Origin: Acidobacteriota bacterium | GTDB taxonomy: Bacteria > Acidobacteriota > UBA890 > WLXD01 | Assembly (NCBI GenBank): GCA_965205505.1 | Contig: CBDBHB010000009.1 | Span: 2,144,001 to 2,208,000, forward strand | Direction: 5' to 3' | DNA: 64,000 nt | Shown here: positions 49,051-60,861 of the stretch, piece by piece | How positions within the stretch are numbered: position 1 is the stretch's first letter | Layout of the letters: each line of letters starts with the position of its first letter | The notes under the pieces: model-generated | What the model was told of the DNA's origin: nothing | The model's database searches: none | Seen by the model: the letters and a program-made list of their open reading frames with translations, nothing else | Translations under genes and position numbers: made by a program

Positions 49051-50773
49051 TGGTAGCGGCAGACTGAAAAGGGACCCCGTGGCGGGTTGAAAAGGGACCC
49101 CCTGAGAAGCGCTGGACTGGCCCCCCCTGGTGGGGTAGCGAGACGGAAGCAATAGAGCGTTTCGGATACCCGATCCAGGAGGACCCGAGGAGGTGATCAG
49201 AGTGTCTCAGTGGGCCGAGATTCGGCACATGCACGTCGTGGATGGGATCGCCAAGAAGGAGATAGCCCGACGGCTGGAGGTAAACATCAAGACCGTGCGT
49301 CGGGCGCTGGACAAAGACGAGGCGCCGCTGCTGCGGGCAACGCCCCGGCGTGGGCGGCGGCTGGATCCGTGGCGGGAGCAGATCGAGGGCTGGTTGAAAG
49401 CCGATACGCCCGTTCGTTCCGACAGGGAGCCAAGGTGCTGGAGCCGCTACACGTGCTGCCGTTGCTGGAGCGCAAGCACCGGGCGGTGGGCGAGGCGACG
49501 GCGCTGCAGGGCTGGGAGCTGCCCGAGGCGTTCGGCGAGCTCAGAAGACAGCTCCACCAGTGCACCCGCAAACCGGACCGGGAATGGGTGAAGGTGCTGC
49601 GGCTGTTGGAGGAGCACGAGCAGCCCGAGGTGGAAGCCGCGGTCCAGGAGGCGCTACGGAGCGGATCGCCCCGCTACGAGACCGTGCGCTTGTTGCTACG
49701 TCGAGCACAGCGGGCGGGGATGCCCCAGGTACGCCCGGTGCCGGTACGCGCTGAGCTGGCGGCGATGAGGGTCCCAGAGCCGGTGCTGGAGGCGTACGAC
49801 GTGCTCTGGAGGACAAGCTGATGGCGGTGGCCAAGATCCAGGAGCCACCGCATCTGCTGGAGGATCTGCGGACCCTGTACCTGACGAGCATGGCCTCACA
49901 GTGGCGAACGGTGGCGGAGCAGGCACGCAGCCACCGGCAACCCTATGCGGAGTTCTTGGCCGATCTGGCGAGGCTCGAGGTAACGGGTCGGCGAGAGCGA
50001 CGCATCCAGCGGCGCGTGAAGGAGGCGCGCTTCCCGATGCTCAAGACGCTGGATGCCTTCCAGTTCGAGGCGCAGCCGACGCTGGATCGGGACGAGGTGC
50101 TGGAGTTGTTCCGCTGCGAGTGGGTCCGAGAGGCGGCCAATGTGGTGTTCGTCGGCTCCGTCGGTACCGGCAAGACCCACCTGGCGATCGCGCTCGGGAT
50201 GGCCTGCTGCCAGCAGGACTACCGGGTGAAGTTCACCACCGCTGCCGAGCTCACCAACATACTCGTGGAGGCCAAGCAGGACGGCCGGCTGTCCAGAAAG
50301 CTCGAGCAGATGGCGCGCTACGACGTGGTCATCCTCGATGAGCTCGGCTACGTGCCGTTCGACAAGCAAGGAGCCGATCTACTGTTCCGCTTCATCACCC
50401 GGGTGTACGAGCGCCGCTCCGTGGTGGTGACCACGAACCTGCCGTTCGCCAAGTGGTCCGAGGTGTTCTTGGATGCCACGGCGGCCGCTGCGGTGATCGA
50501 CCGGATCGTGCACCACGCTACCGTGCTCAAGACCGAAGGCAACAGCTACCGACTCAGGGCCGCTAAGGACAGAGGCCGACGTCGAAAGGGAGGACCATAA
50601 CGCTGCAGGACCCCGCGGCCGTGGAAACTGCCGTGTCCGTGGAAACCGCAAGGCGGTTCCCACCGCCTCTTGGACAACGCTTCACGTTGCCCACAGTTCC
50701 ACCGCCTCTACGACTACATAGGGGGTCCCTTTTTAACCCGCCGCAAAGGTCCCTTTACGACTTGCCATTACCA
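49051..50773 (+). mobile_element. IS21 family element with internally deleted istA and intact istB
   Basis: TGGTA...TACCA ends with repeated AAAAGGGACCCC boxes; 5-bp direct repeat AGCGT at 49046 and 50774. Confidence 0.93.
49821..50600 (+). CDS. istB: IS21 helper ATPase IstB
   Basis: GSVGTGKTHL, LDELGY, TTNLPF, DRIVHH. Confidence 0.95.
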   Translation: MAVAKIQEPPHLLEDLRTLYLTSMASQWRTVAEQARSHRQPYAEFLADLARLEVTGRRERRIQRRVKEARFPMLKTLDAFQFEAQPTLDRDEVLELFRCEWVREAANVVFVGSVGTGKTHLAIALGMACCQQDYRVKFTTAAELTNILVEAKQDGRLSRKLEQMARYDVVILDELGYVPFDKQGADLLFRFITRVYERRSVVVTTNLPFAKWSEVFLDATAAAAVIDRIVHHATVLKTEGNSYRLRAAKDRGRRRKGGP

Positions 50774-51670
50774 AGCGTAGCTCTACGCCCATCTCGTAGG
50801 CCCACGCGTCCAACGCCCGGCTCGTGAACTCGGGACCGTTGTCGATCAGGATCTCCTTGGGTTTACCGCGTTGCTCGACGACCCGGCCCAACACCCGCGC
50901 GACGCGGGCGCCCGTCAACGACGTGTCGACCTCGATCGCCAGGCACTCGCGACTGTACTCATCCAGCACGTTGAGCGTTCGGAACGACCTGCCGGTGGCC
51001 AGCGAGTCGCTCATGAAGTCCATCGACCACCGGTCGGTGGCTGCCTGTGGCGTGATCATCGGCACCCGCTGCATCGATGCCACGCGCTTACGCTTGCGGC
51101 GCCGCACAGCCCCCTTCTCGTTGATACAGCCGGTACAAGCGCTTGTGGTTCACCTGCCAGCCTTCGCGGCGCAGCATCACGTGCAGTCGGCGATAGCCGA
51201 ACCGTGGCCTCTCGGCCGCCAGCTCACGCATCCGCTCGAGCAACGGTCCGGCTTGTTGCCGTCGAGCTCGATACCGGCACGTCGATCGGTTCACACCCAC
51301 GATCCGGCACGCCCGGCGCTCGCTCAGCCCCAAGCGCTGCTGCAGCCATGCCGCTGCTTGCCGCCGCATCGCGGGCGCCACCATTTTCGCGACACAACTT
51401 CCTTGCGCGCCTGGTTGTCCAGCGTCAGATCCGCCACGGCATTCTTGAGCCGCCGGTTTGTCACGCTCCAGCTCCTTGAGCCGGCGCGCCTCACTGATAT
51501 CCAGCCCCCCGTACTTCGCCTTCCACCGATAGTAAGTGCCCTCGCTGAAGCCATGCTCCCGGCACACGTCCTTGACCGCCTCGCAGGCCTCCACCTGGCG
51601 CAGGATCTTGATGATCTGCTCTTCGCTGTACCGCCTCTTCCTCATGTAGCCCTCCCGGCCCTAATCTAGC

Positions 51671-52579
51671 TGACCTGCCCCTGGAAACTGGACGCATCGA
51701 AGCGAGAAAATCTCCGTAATCGAAAGAGGAGGAGAAACTCGTGAAGAGGTCCCGATTCAGCGACGCGCAGATCGTCACGGCGATCAAGCAGGTGGAGCTC
51801 GGCGTACCGATTCCGGAGTTGTGCCGCAAGTACGGGGTCAGCCAGCAGACGTTTTATCGGTGGCGCAGCAAGTACGGGGGGTTAGCGCCGAGCGAGCTGC
51901 GACGGCTCAAAGAGCTGGAGCGGGAGAACGGTCAACTCAAGAAGCTGGTAGCCGATCTGAGATTGGACAAGCAGATCCTCCAGGATGTGCTGGCAAGAAA
52001 AGTCTGAGGCCCGCGCGCAAGCGCCAGCTGGTGCGTCGAACCCGACAGCGGTACCAGATCGGGACACGCCGCGCGTGCGGGCTGATGCAACTTCAGCGCA
52101 GCAGTTTCTACTATCGGCACCGAAAAGATCCGCAGGAGGCACTGCGACTCAGAATCCGCGACCTGGCGGCGGCCCGGCCGCGTTACGGATATCGACGATT
52201 GCATGTGCTGTTGTGCCGGGAGGGCTGGAAGATCAACGCCAAGCGAGTGCTGCGGCTCTACCAGCAGGAGAGACTGCAGTTACGAACGCGACCCCGTCGG
52301 CGAAAGGTCGCGGCGCGGCCGCGGGCTCATCTGCCGGCCCCGTCGGCACCCAACGAGCGGTGGAGTCTGGACTTCGTCAGCGATGCTCTGGCCAACGGCC
52401 GGAGGTTCCGCGTGCTCACGGTGATCGACATCCACAGCCGCGAATGCCTAGCGCTGGAGGCGGACGTGTCGCTGCCCTCCAGGCGAGTCACGGACGTGCT
52501 CGAGAAGGTCGTGGCGCAACGAGGTGCGCCGATCGCCTTGACGCTCGACAACGGCACGGAGTTCACTTCCAACCACTTC
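51671..52579 (+). mobile_element. 3'-truncated IS3 family element (orfA 51741-52007)
   Basis: TGACCTGCCCC end; orfB stops after DNGTEFTSNHF and runs into the 120-bp repeat. Confidence 0.88.
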
Positions 52580-52691
52580 ACCAAGGCCCTCGAGTACCGC
52601 CTGTACACCGAAGGCTCGGCCGCATACCAGATGGCTTCTCGCGCCCCCGTCCGCAGCCTGCTGCTGTGAGGTGGTGCAAACTCCACGGGGG
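52572..52691 (+). repeat. 120-bp direct repeat, copy 1
   Basis: Identical by eye to 58791-58910. Confidence 0.92.
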
Positions 52692-53912
52692 TGACCCAAA
52701 CCCCGAAAACGGTGCCAGGTTGATGTTTAGGAAATCGGTGTACCGTCGTCCTCCAAGCAGGAGGACAGATGAAGCGGAAGAGGTACACGGACGAGCAGAT
52801 CGCCTACGCGCTGCGGCAGGCTGAGGCGGGCACGCCGATCAAGGAGGTGTGTCGCAAGCTGGGCGTCAGCGAGCAGACGTTGTACACGTGGCGCCGCAAG
52901 TTCGCCGGGATGGGCGTGGCCGAACTTCGGGAGCTACGACAACTCCGCCATGAGAACCGGAAGTTGAAGCAGCTGGTGGCAGATCTGAGCTTGGACAAGC
53001 ACATGCTCCAGGAGGTGCTGTCAAAAAAGGTGTGAAGCCGGCGCGCAAGCGCGAGGTGGTGCGGTACCTGCAGGACGGGTTCCGTGTCAGTGAGCGTCGA
53101 GCGTGTCGGCTGATCGAGTTGTCGCGCACCAGCCATCGGTATCAGAGCACAAGGACGGACGACCCCGTGCTGCGGCGTCGTCTTGGCGAGCTCGCCGCGG
53201 CGCGTCCGCGGTTCGGGTATCGGAGGTTGTGCGTGTTGCTACGCCGCGAGGGATGGGTAGTGAACCAGAAGCGCGTGTATCGGATCTATCGAGAGGAGGG
53301 GCTGGAGGTACGGACCAAAAAGCGACGGCGCAAGCGGGCGAGTCACATACGGCTTGTGCTGCCGCCCGCAGAGCGGCCCAACGAGCGCTGGAGCATGGAC
53401 TTCGTGACCGATCGGCTCGAGAGTGGCCGGCCGTTTCGGGTGCTGACGGTGGTCGATCAGTTTAGCCGTGAATGTCCGTTACTTGAGCCGGGCGTGTCGA
53501 TGACCGGCAAGGCGGTGGCTGGAGCACTCGAGCGGCTGTCGTTTGCCGGGCCGTTGCCACGGGTCATCACCGTCGACAATGGCTCAGAATTCTACTCCCA
53601 GGCGATGGACTCCTGGGCGTACCGAAGAGGCGTGCAGTTGGAGTTCATTCGGCCGGGAAAGCCCGTGGAGAATGCGTTCATCGAGAGTTTCAACGGACGG
53701 CTTCGCGACGAATGCCTCAACGCCAACCTGTTCTTCTCGATCGATGACGCGCGCCGAAAACTGGAGGCTTGGAGGCTTGATTACAATACCCACAGACCAC
53801 ACAGCTCACTGAACGATCGAACTCCTACGGAGTTCGCCAGGGGCTGGCAACCGGAGGCTTCGGAACACCGAATCCTAAACCTCTGACTGGTACTGATTTC
53901 GGGGTGGGGTCA
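52692..53912 (+). mobile_element. Apparently intact IS3 family element (orfA 52769-53035, orfB 53032-53886)
   Basis: TGACCCAAACCCCG / CGGGGTGGGGTCA ends; A6G slippery site; DDE motifs. A further IS3 right-end remnant follows to about 53963. Confidence 0.93.
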
Positions 53913-53979
53913 ATAGCCCGGAGAACTCACACTCGCACTGGCTCAGTTTTCGGGGAGCACGTCAATCTCATCGTGCCGT

Positions 53980-54267
53980 ATGAAGACAGGCCAGCTGGCT
54001 CTGTGCCGCATGGCGGGTGGGCGCGCCGCATTGCTGCGTGTGCTGTCCGTGACCGACCAGGCAGTGGAGCTCACCGCTGCTGGAGGGCCACAGGCCTGGT
54101 ACCGGCGCACAGACGTGTTCCGAATGGATAGTGCGCTCCTGTCGGCGTTGGTACGCGCCCGCGCTGCCGGCGACACCGCAGCCCTGGAGGCGCTATGGGA
54201 CCAGGCAGTGCCCTGGGCACCTGGAGGAGCAGGACGGTTGAAGGGTACGGCTCGGGCGCGCCCGTGA
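53980..54267 (+). CDS. Hypothetical 95-aa protein, copy 1
   Basis: Paralog at 62443-62730 keeps the same frame and length despite substitutions. Confidence 0.7.
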   Translation: MKTGQLALCRMAGGRAALLRVLSVTDQAVELTAAGGPQAWYRRTDVFRMDSALLSALVRARAAGDTAALEALWDQAVPWAPGGAGRLKGTARARP

Positions 54268-54452
54268 AGGTCGGCTCCCTGTGCTAGCGACCCGAAGATG
54301 GGGCAATCAGAGGCAGCAGCGATGCGTGGTGTAGTTGCAGCCCCGGGTGCGATTGCGGCCCCGGCGCTCGGTGTGTTCAGGGCTCCCCAGAGGTCCGGAG
54401 AAGTTCGCTTTATTCCCCGATTTAATGGTGGGAATAGTGAGGTGATAGTCTA

Positions 54453-55637
54453 CTAGTGTCCTGAGTCAGAAGTTCGCATACAAAATCGGGCGATGGAATC
54501 TAGGATCTGGTCGGCAGTCTTGGTCCAGATGAACGGCTGGGACTGAGCATTGGTGGAGTCGACAAAGCGTTCGATGGCAAGTTCAAGATCGCGGGTAGAG
54601 CGATGCACACGGCGCCGGAGTTGCTTCTCGGTCAGAGCGGCGAACCAGCGTTCGATCATGTTGCGCCAGGAGGAATAGGTGGGAGTGAAGTGCAGATGGA
54701 AACGTGGGCGCTTCACCAACCATTGATGGATCATCGGGCTCTTGTGGGTGGCGTAATTGTCCAAGATCAAGTGCACGTCCAGATCCTCGGGCACGGCCTG
54801 GTCGATGCACCGGAGGAACTTCCTGAACTCCACGGCACGATGCCGACGATGGCACTGGGCAAGGATCTCTCCTGTCTTTGCATCCAGGGCGGCGAATAGG
54901 GACGTGGTGCCGTGCCGGACGTAGTCATGGGTGCGGCGCTCGATCTGGCCGGGACGCATGGGCAACAGCGGCTGGCTGCGGTCCAGCGGCTGGCTGCGGT
55001 CCAGCGCCTGGATCTGAGACTTCTCGTCGACACACAGGACCACGGCCCTTTCGGGAGGACTCAGGTACAGTCCGACGATGTCACGGACCTTGTCGATGAA
55101 CAACGGGTCGTTAGACAGCTTGAAGGTCTCGGACCGATGTGGCTGCAGTGCAAAAGCTCTCCAGATCCGGCTGACGGCACTCTCGCTCAGACCGCACCGC
55201 TGGGCCATGGAACGAGTGGACCAGTGGGTGGCGGCCTGCGGCTGGCTCTCCAGGGTCAGGGTCAGGACTCGTTCGACGTCCTGGTCGGTGATGGTGCGCT
55301 GGACCCCAGGACGCGGCGCGTCCAGCAACCCGTCCACACCTTGGTCTTGAAACCGCTTGCGCCACTTGCCGACCGTCTGGATGGTGATGCCGAGTTGCTC
55401 GGCAGCCGTGGTGTTGGAGGAGCCCTCGGCCACGGTGAGGATGATCCGGGCCCTCAAAGCGAGCGCTTGCGCGCTCTTGGGTCTGCGAACCCAGCGCTGG
55501 AGAATGTCGCGATCCTGGTCGTTGAGATCGACCGGCGCGATAGGGCGGCCTCTGGGCATGAGGTCTCCTGCAGTGTCGGTAACAGGAAGATGAACCATGC
55601 CTTTATTATTAAATGAATTTATAACTCAGGACACTAG
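54453..55637 (-). mobile_element. IS630 family element (transposase 54453-55559)
   Basis: CTAGTGTCCTGAGT / ACTCAGGACACTAG ends; the empty site at about 62913 has a single CTAG; [22 protein letters not shown]. Confidence 0.96.
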
Positions 55638-55846
55638 AAGTTCCTGTAACATATTGTTATAAAATACTTTAGTTACATTACTATGGCGGATGCGGACATG
55701 CTGGCACGCTACGCCCGTGGCGAACTCGCCGTTCGCGATGCGATGGCGACCCTGCGCTACGGCCGCCGCTAGGGGCCTCGCGCTCGGCGCGCGACGTCCA
55801 GCTCCAGCGGTACGCCGGTGAGCAACCGCCCTGCGGAAGAATAAGG

Positions 55847-56179
55847 TTAGGCGGAGGGCATGATTCTGACCTTGACCTCCATCAGTACGTACGCGACGGC
55901 CATACCCTGCAGGGCGGTCGCAACCCCGTCAAGCACTGAATTGACCCATGCACCGACGACTGGGATGACGTCCAGACTGTCGGAGAAGATGGGCAGTGCC
56001 ACGGCCACCACTTAGACCCCAATCCGTTGGGTGACATCAGCACTCGTGTCCATCACACCGGCAACCAAGCCGAGGATGACGAGGGCGAGGCCCGCGTACA
56101 GGACCGCTTCGGCAACGGCCGGGATGATTGCCAGGATCGCCACGACTACGACCAGGGCCGAGAGGATACGTTCGGACAT
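55847..56179 (-). pseudogene. Small membrane protein with internal stop
   Basis: MSERILSALVVVVAILAII..QRIGV*VVAVALP..RIMPSA*; hydrophobic frame continues past TAA at 56012. Confidence 0.6.
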
Positions 56180-56759
56180 TCCGATGCTCCTTGCACCCGT
56201 GCTTCCGCGACCAACGCGAAAACGCGGACTCCGAAAGCCACCAGCGAGCCACGGGGAGCTGGCGACACAGGTGCACTGAAACGAAGCACAGGGTCTATTG
56301 CAACCGTATCGGGGTCGATAGTCGTCCCCCGTGACTGTCGATGGGCTATCGGGCGCCGACGAGCTTGTTCTTGTGCCAGCTGATGAAGCCCCTCGGGGCA
56401 CCCTCGCTGCAGGCGTACCGCCCAGCCTTCTCGCCGCACACCAGCACTGCGTCATAGACTATCGACATCCGCCGCGGGGCTATCGCCGCGCTGCGACCGT
56501 GCTCGAGCAGATCCTGGTCGTGGGTAACCCTCATCGGCTTCTGCCCGACTAGCCGGCCTTGCGTGACGGTTAGGGCGGCGAGCGCATCGGCCAGTGTGTG
56601 CTGCATCTGCACTGCCACGGCCGGTCGTGACAGCCCCACCGGAACGCCAGACAGGGGGTCCCCAAGGGCAATCAGAATTGTACATAACCCTGTATATGTG
56701 GCCAGCTATATGATCTATAACTTACTGAATATAAATTTGTTATCTGATTCTATTAGTGG

Positions 56760-57000
56760 AGGCCGCGACCACGCGGACCTGGAACTGGATCGACGCGGTA
56801 TCGTCGTCGTCGGTGACGGTATAGATGTAGCCGGTCATCGGCAGAACGGCGGTCGGCGTGCCGGTGACGGTCCGCGCGCTGGCATCGAACGTGAGTCCGG
56901 CGGGGAGCTCCGGCGAGAGGCCGTAGGACAGCGGCGGGTTTCCCTCGCTCGCAGCCGGCAGCGACAGGTGGACGGAGGTGCCGACCGTCCAGACGGCGAG
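56760..57000 (-). pseudogene. Putative Ig (He_PIG-like) domain fragment
   Basis: LPAASEGNPPLSYGLSPELPAGLTFDASARTVTGTPT..YTVTD. Confidence 0.65.
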
Positions 57001-57352
57001 CTGACCTACGACCGGGTAACGGACCACCTCACGGAGCTAGAAGCCGAGCAGCACGACCAGCGCCGCAGCCGGACCGTGGAGCTGCGCCGCTTGGAGCACG
57101 CCACACGGAGCGAGCTGGAGACGATCAGCGAAGCTCGCGGGCGCCTCGATACGAGCGGGGAGCCGTGGTGACGCCATGAGCGAGGATAGCCTCCGCTCAC
57201 GGCGGCCCTGTGTCAAGGCGCTACGCGCCTCCCTCCTCCGCTTCGCTCCGGCCCTTCGAGGGTGACACGAGCCTTCCGCTAGGCCCACGCCGCGGGCCGA
57301 CAGGTCCTGCACGCCGGTGTTCTGGATCTAGGGGCTCAGTAGCGGGCTGCGT

Positions 57353-58228
57353 TCACCGCACGCTCACCCTCGCGACGCCCTGCGCACTCACCACCACGTG
57401 GTCATTGTCATGCGTGATGTGCGTCACGTCGGGGAACGCCTTTTGCACGCGCTGGCGGAAGGTGTCGATCGCCGCGCGAAGCGCGTCTTCTGAATACAGC
57501 CGAAAGGTCGAATAATGATAGTGGGTGGCTTGTTCGACGAGGCGTGCCAACGAGATGGTGACCCGCCACACAACCGTCTGCGCGCGCACCGTCCTGAAGG
57601 CACCGGTGGCGTCCAGGGCGGCTCGCATCTCGTTGACTGTATGGAGTCTCGTTTCCCGCGTGGCGAACTCGGGAAAGTGGCGGCCCCAGATCGTGCGGCG
57701 GTTCTGCGCCGGGGTGCGCGTGTAGACGACGAGCTGGCCGGCGGGGGTGAGCACCCGCGCCGCCTCGCCAGCAAACCGGGCGAGGTCGAAGTGGTGCACG
57801 GCATTGAAGCAGGTCATCACGTCACAGCTGGCGGCCCGGAACGGGAGCGTTTCGACGGCCCCGACCAGATGCCCCGCGTGTCCGGCGCGGCGGCGCGCTT
57901 GCCGGAGCATGGGCAGACTCCGATCCAGGCCGATGGCCACGACCTCCCGGGCGTGCGATGCGCCGACGCCCTGCATGACCGCGTCCAGGTAACGCCCCGA
58001 GCCCGTGGCGATGTCCATGAGCCGCACGGGTCTTCCCGGGTCCGCGGCGCGAGCCACGACGTCGCTGATGAGGCGCACGGCACCGACATCCAGCTCGCGC
58101 AGTGTCCGATACCGTGCCGACACCTTGGCGAAGTGGTCGCTCAACCGCGCCGTGCGCCCGCGCTCCTCCCCGTCGTGCGTCCCAGAAGCGATCTCGACAG
58201 TCAATCCCGGCGTGTCTCCCGTGGTCAT
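57353..58228 (-). CDS. Class I SAM-dependent methyltransferase
   Basis: MDIATGSG, GLDRSLPML, ETLPF, AVHHF, RVLTPAG; ATG at 58228. Confidence 0.85.
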   Translation of the reverse strand: MTTGDTPGLTVEIASGTHDGEERGRTARLSDHFAKVSARYRTLRELDVGAVRLISDVVARAADPGRPVRLMDIATGSGRYLDAVMQGVGASHAREVVAIGLDRSLPMLRQARRRAGHAGHLVGAVETLPFRAASCDVMTCFNAVHHFDLARFAGEAARVLTPAGQLVVYTRTPAQNRRTIWGRHFPEFATRETRLHTVNEMRAALDATGAFRTVRAQTVVWRVTISLARLVEQATHYHYSTFRLYSEDALRAAIDTFRQRVQKAFPDVTHITHDNDHVVVSAQGVARVSVR

Positions 58229-58425
58229 CCGTATACTGTGGAGCGCCGGACCCCGCAGCGACGGCGATGCAGGTGACGCGACGACAAGAAGCCTTGCAAG
58301 TCTGCCACGATTCCCGCCATCTGTGAACCGCCTGTATTGAAACCGTGCGATGCACGCGGCGACGGGGAGCAGCGCAAAACAATACCGCGGAGACGACACC
58401 GGCGCTCGGTCCAGCGCGCTCCGGT

Positions 58426-58538
58426 TCAATGGGCGAGGACCTTCTCGCCTTGCTCGCGCAACTGGCCCTGCGGCCCGACGTTCCGGTAGAGCGTCACGGG
58501 GTTGATCCCGAGTTCTCGGCAGAGCGCGGACACGCCGG
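58426..58538 (-). pseudogene. Serine resolvase C-terminal HTH fragment
   Basis: GVSALCRELGINPVTLYRNVGPQGQLREQGEKVLAH*. Confidence 0.7.
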
Positions 58539-58790
58539 AGAATGGTGGGGAAAGTGAGGGGGAGAGCGGCGAGTCTCTCTATTTTACTAATGTTTCCTAA
58601 AAAACGGTTGCCGGTATGCAACCGCCACAGAAAAACAGCCCGGATAGCCTCCACCGTCCAGGCGCGTCCACGGCTCACGCCGTCCTCCGCTCCGGCCCCT
58701 CCGGGTAACCCGCCTGGCCCGCTGCCGCTCAAGCAGCCACACCCAGCCATCCCATAAGGTTCAGGTCAGGCTTCGGTGGAGGCCGCGTCT

Positions 58791-58910
58791 ACCACTTCAC
58801 CAAGGCCCTCGAGTACCGCCTGTACACCGAAGGCTCGGCCGCATACCAGATGGCTTCTCGCGCCCCCGTCCGCAGCCTGCTGCTGTGAGGTGGTGCAAAC
58901 TCCACGGGGG
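58791..58910 (+). repeat. 120-bp direct repeat, copy 2
   Basis: Identical by eye to 52572-52691. Confidence 0.92.
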
Positions 58911-60181
58911 TGACCTGCCCCCCAATAATCGGGCCAGTTTGAGAGTTAGGAATTGAGGCTCTCAGGAAGGCTCGGGAAGGGGGAGAAATGGCCCGGAAGC
59001 GATACACGGTAGAGCAGATCATCGCCAAGCTCAGGGAGGCAGAGATCGAGCTGGCGCAAGGAGCCAAGACGCCACAGGCGTGCCGGAAGCTGGGCATCAG
59101 CGAGAACACGTACTACCGGTGGCGTAAGGAGTACGGCGGGCTGAGGGTGGATCAGGCACGGCGACTCAAGGAGCTGGAGCGCGAGAACGGGCGGCTCAAG
59201 AAGCTGCTGGCGGAGACGATGCTCGACAACGCCATCCTCAAAGAGGTGTCGTCGGGAAACTTCTGAGCCCGGCGCGCCGGAGCCGGGCAGTGCGACACGC
59301 ACAGCAGTCGCAGGGGGTGTCGGAGAGGCGAGCCTGCCGAGTGCTGGGCCAGGTGCGCTCGACGCAGCAATATCGGCCCAAGGCGCCTGGAGACGAGACA
59401 CCGCTGGTGAAGCGAATGACCGAACTGGCGACGCAGTACGGACGCTACGGGTACCGTCGGATCACGGCTCTGATGGAACGCGAAGGGTGGCGAGTGAACC
59501 ACAAGAGGATCGAACGGTTATGGCGTCGTGAAGGACTGAAGGTACCGAAAAAGCAGCCCAAGCGCGGACGCTTGTGGCTCAACGATGGATCGTGCGTGCG
59601 GCTGAGGCCGGAAAGGAAAGATCACGTGTGGGCCTATGACTTCGTGCACGAACGAACTCACGACGGGCGAGCGGTTCGTCTGCTGACGATCGTGGATGAG
59701 TACACCAGGGAGTGCTTGGCCATCGATGTGGCGCGCAGGCTCAACTCCGAGAACGTGTTGGATCGACTCGCTGAGCTGTTCGTGAACCGTGGTGTTTCCG
59801 ACCACATCCGCTCCGACAACGGACCGGAGTTCACTTCTCGGGTAGTGCGTGGCTGGCTCGAGCGGGTCGGTGTGAAGACGTTGTTCATCGAGCCCGGCTC
59901 GCCGTGGGAAAACGGCTATGTGGAGAGCTTCAACGGCAAGCTACGCGACGAGCTGCTGAACGGGGAGATCTTCTACACGCTCAAGGAGGCGCAGAGCTTG
60001 GTGCAAGCCTGGCGCCGCAAATACAACCAGGTGCGGCCACACAGCTCGTTGGGCTATCGGCCGCCTGCACCGAAAGCGACGTTGTTAAAGCCGGCTACGC
60101 TCCGCTCCGCCGGCTGCAACAACCTCTTGCCAGCACCGATTCTATGAGTTACGAAGTGGCCTCAACACTTGGGGCAGGTCA
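58911..60181 (+). mobile_element. IS3 family (IS407-like), copy B, intact (orfA 58988-59266, orfB 59290-60147)
   Basis: Same length (1271 bp) as and near-identical to 46907-48177; no target duplication. Confidence 0.96.
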
Positions 60182-60526
60182 CGACCGTGCCGCGGACGCC
60201 TCATCGGCGATCTTCGTGCGACCCTTCTCAGTGATCGACCACCGGTCCTTCTTCTGAATGCGCTCGGCCTTCACCAGGTCATCGACCCGGAGCCGAGCAA
60301 GGGCCGAACGGGTATCGTCATGAGTGAGAGTCACGCGTTCGTTGCCGCCGACCTCAATCTGATTGAGTTTGCCGACAGATTCCCCGCGTTCGTCCTCTGA
60401 CCCCCTGAGGTTCAGTAATACAACGTTGTCTATCACCGTTTGACGAATCGGCTGCGTCTCGGGCGAAAATTGAAGCCTGTATCCGAAGACTGCAAGCCGC
60501 CCTCGACCAGCGTCGGTATCAGACAT
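60182..60526 (-). pseudogene. 5' fragment of a gene truncated by IS3, winged-helix-like end
   Basis: ORF runs into the IS end; WSITEKGR resembles a wHTH wing. Confidence 0.5.
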
Positions 60527-60737
60527 GAGTCTCGATCATGTTGAGCGCGATTACGCCTTGTCCGCCCGATGGTGAGCCTCCTGGGTTCATCAGCTCTGCT
60601 GGTTTGTGGATGACGTGTCCACGGCAAACGGTGCGGAACCGCGGTAGGTTGTCGGTATGGAGAGCCGGTTTTTCGAGAGTCCGATCCGACCCCCGAGGGT
60701 TGTCCATAATCCTCTCATTCTATTCATTTTGCACATG

Positions 60738-60811
60738 TCGGGGTGAGAGGATTGGAACCTCCGGACCCCTGCTCCCAAAGCAGGTTCACTTCCAAGCTGC
60801 GCCACACCCAG
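60738..60811 (-). tRNA. Degenerate tRNA-Pro(TGG), probable pseudo-tRNA or att relic
   Basis: CCTGC-TTTGGGA-GCAGG anticodon arm intact; mismatches in acceptor and D stems; T-loop TTCCAAT. Confidence 0.75.
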
Positions 60812-60861
60812 CGATGCGCGCTCAGGATACAACGTCGGTCGGCGGGCCCACGACGTCGCTG

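Larger units (their letters stand above)
48730..51670 (-). mobile_element. Degenerate IS3 family element interrupted by IS21
   Basis: Inverted repeat at 48730; orfB reads GVELR|FIRPGKP across the IS21; orfA from 51645 with frameshifts; its other end is replaced by the IS3 at 51671. Confidence 0.9.

Noticed and set aside
57185-57260. Possible oriT-like palindromic region
   Set aside because: Only a general resemblance to mobile-element hairpins; no relaxase or recognisable nic site.
57353-58750. 465-aa methyltransferase with a long N-terminus
   Set aside because: The upstream part crosses a resolvase remnant and an att-like region; the likely start is 58228.
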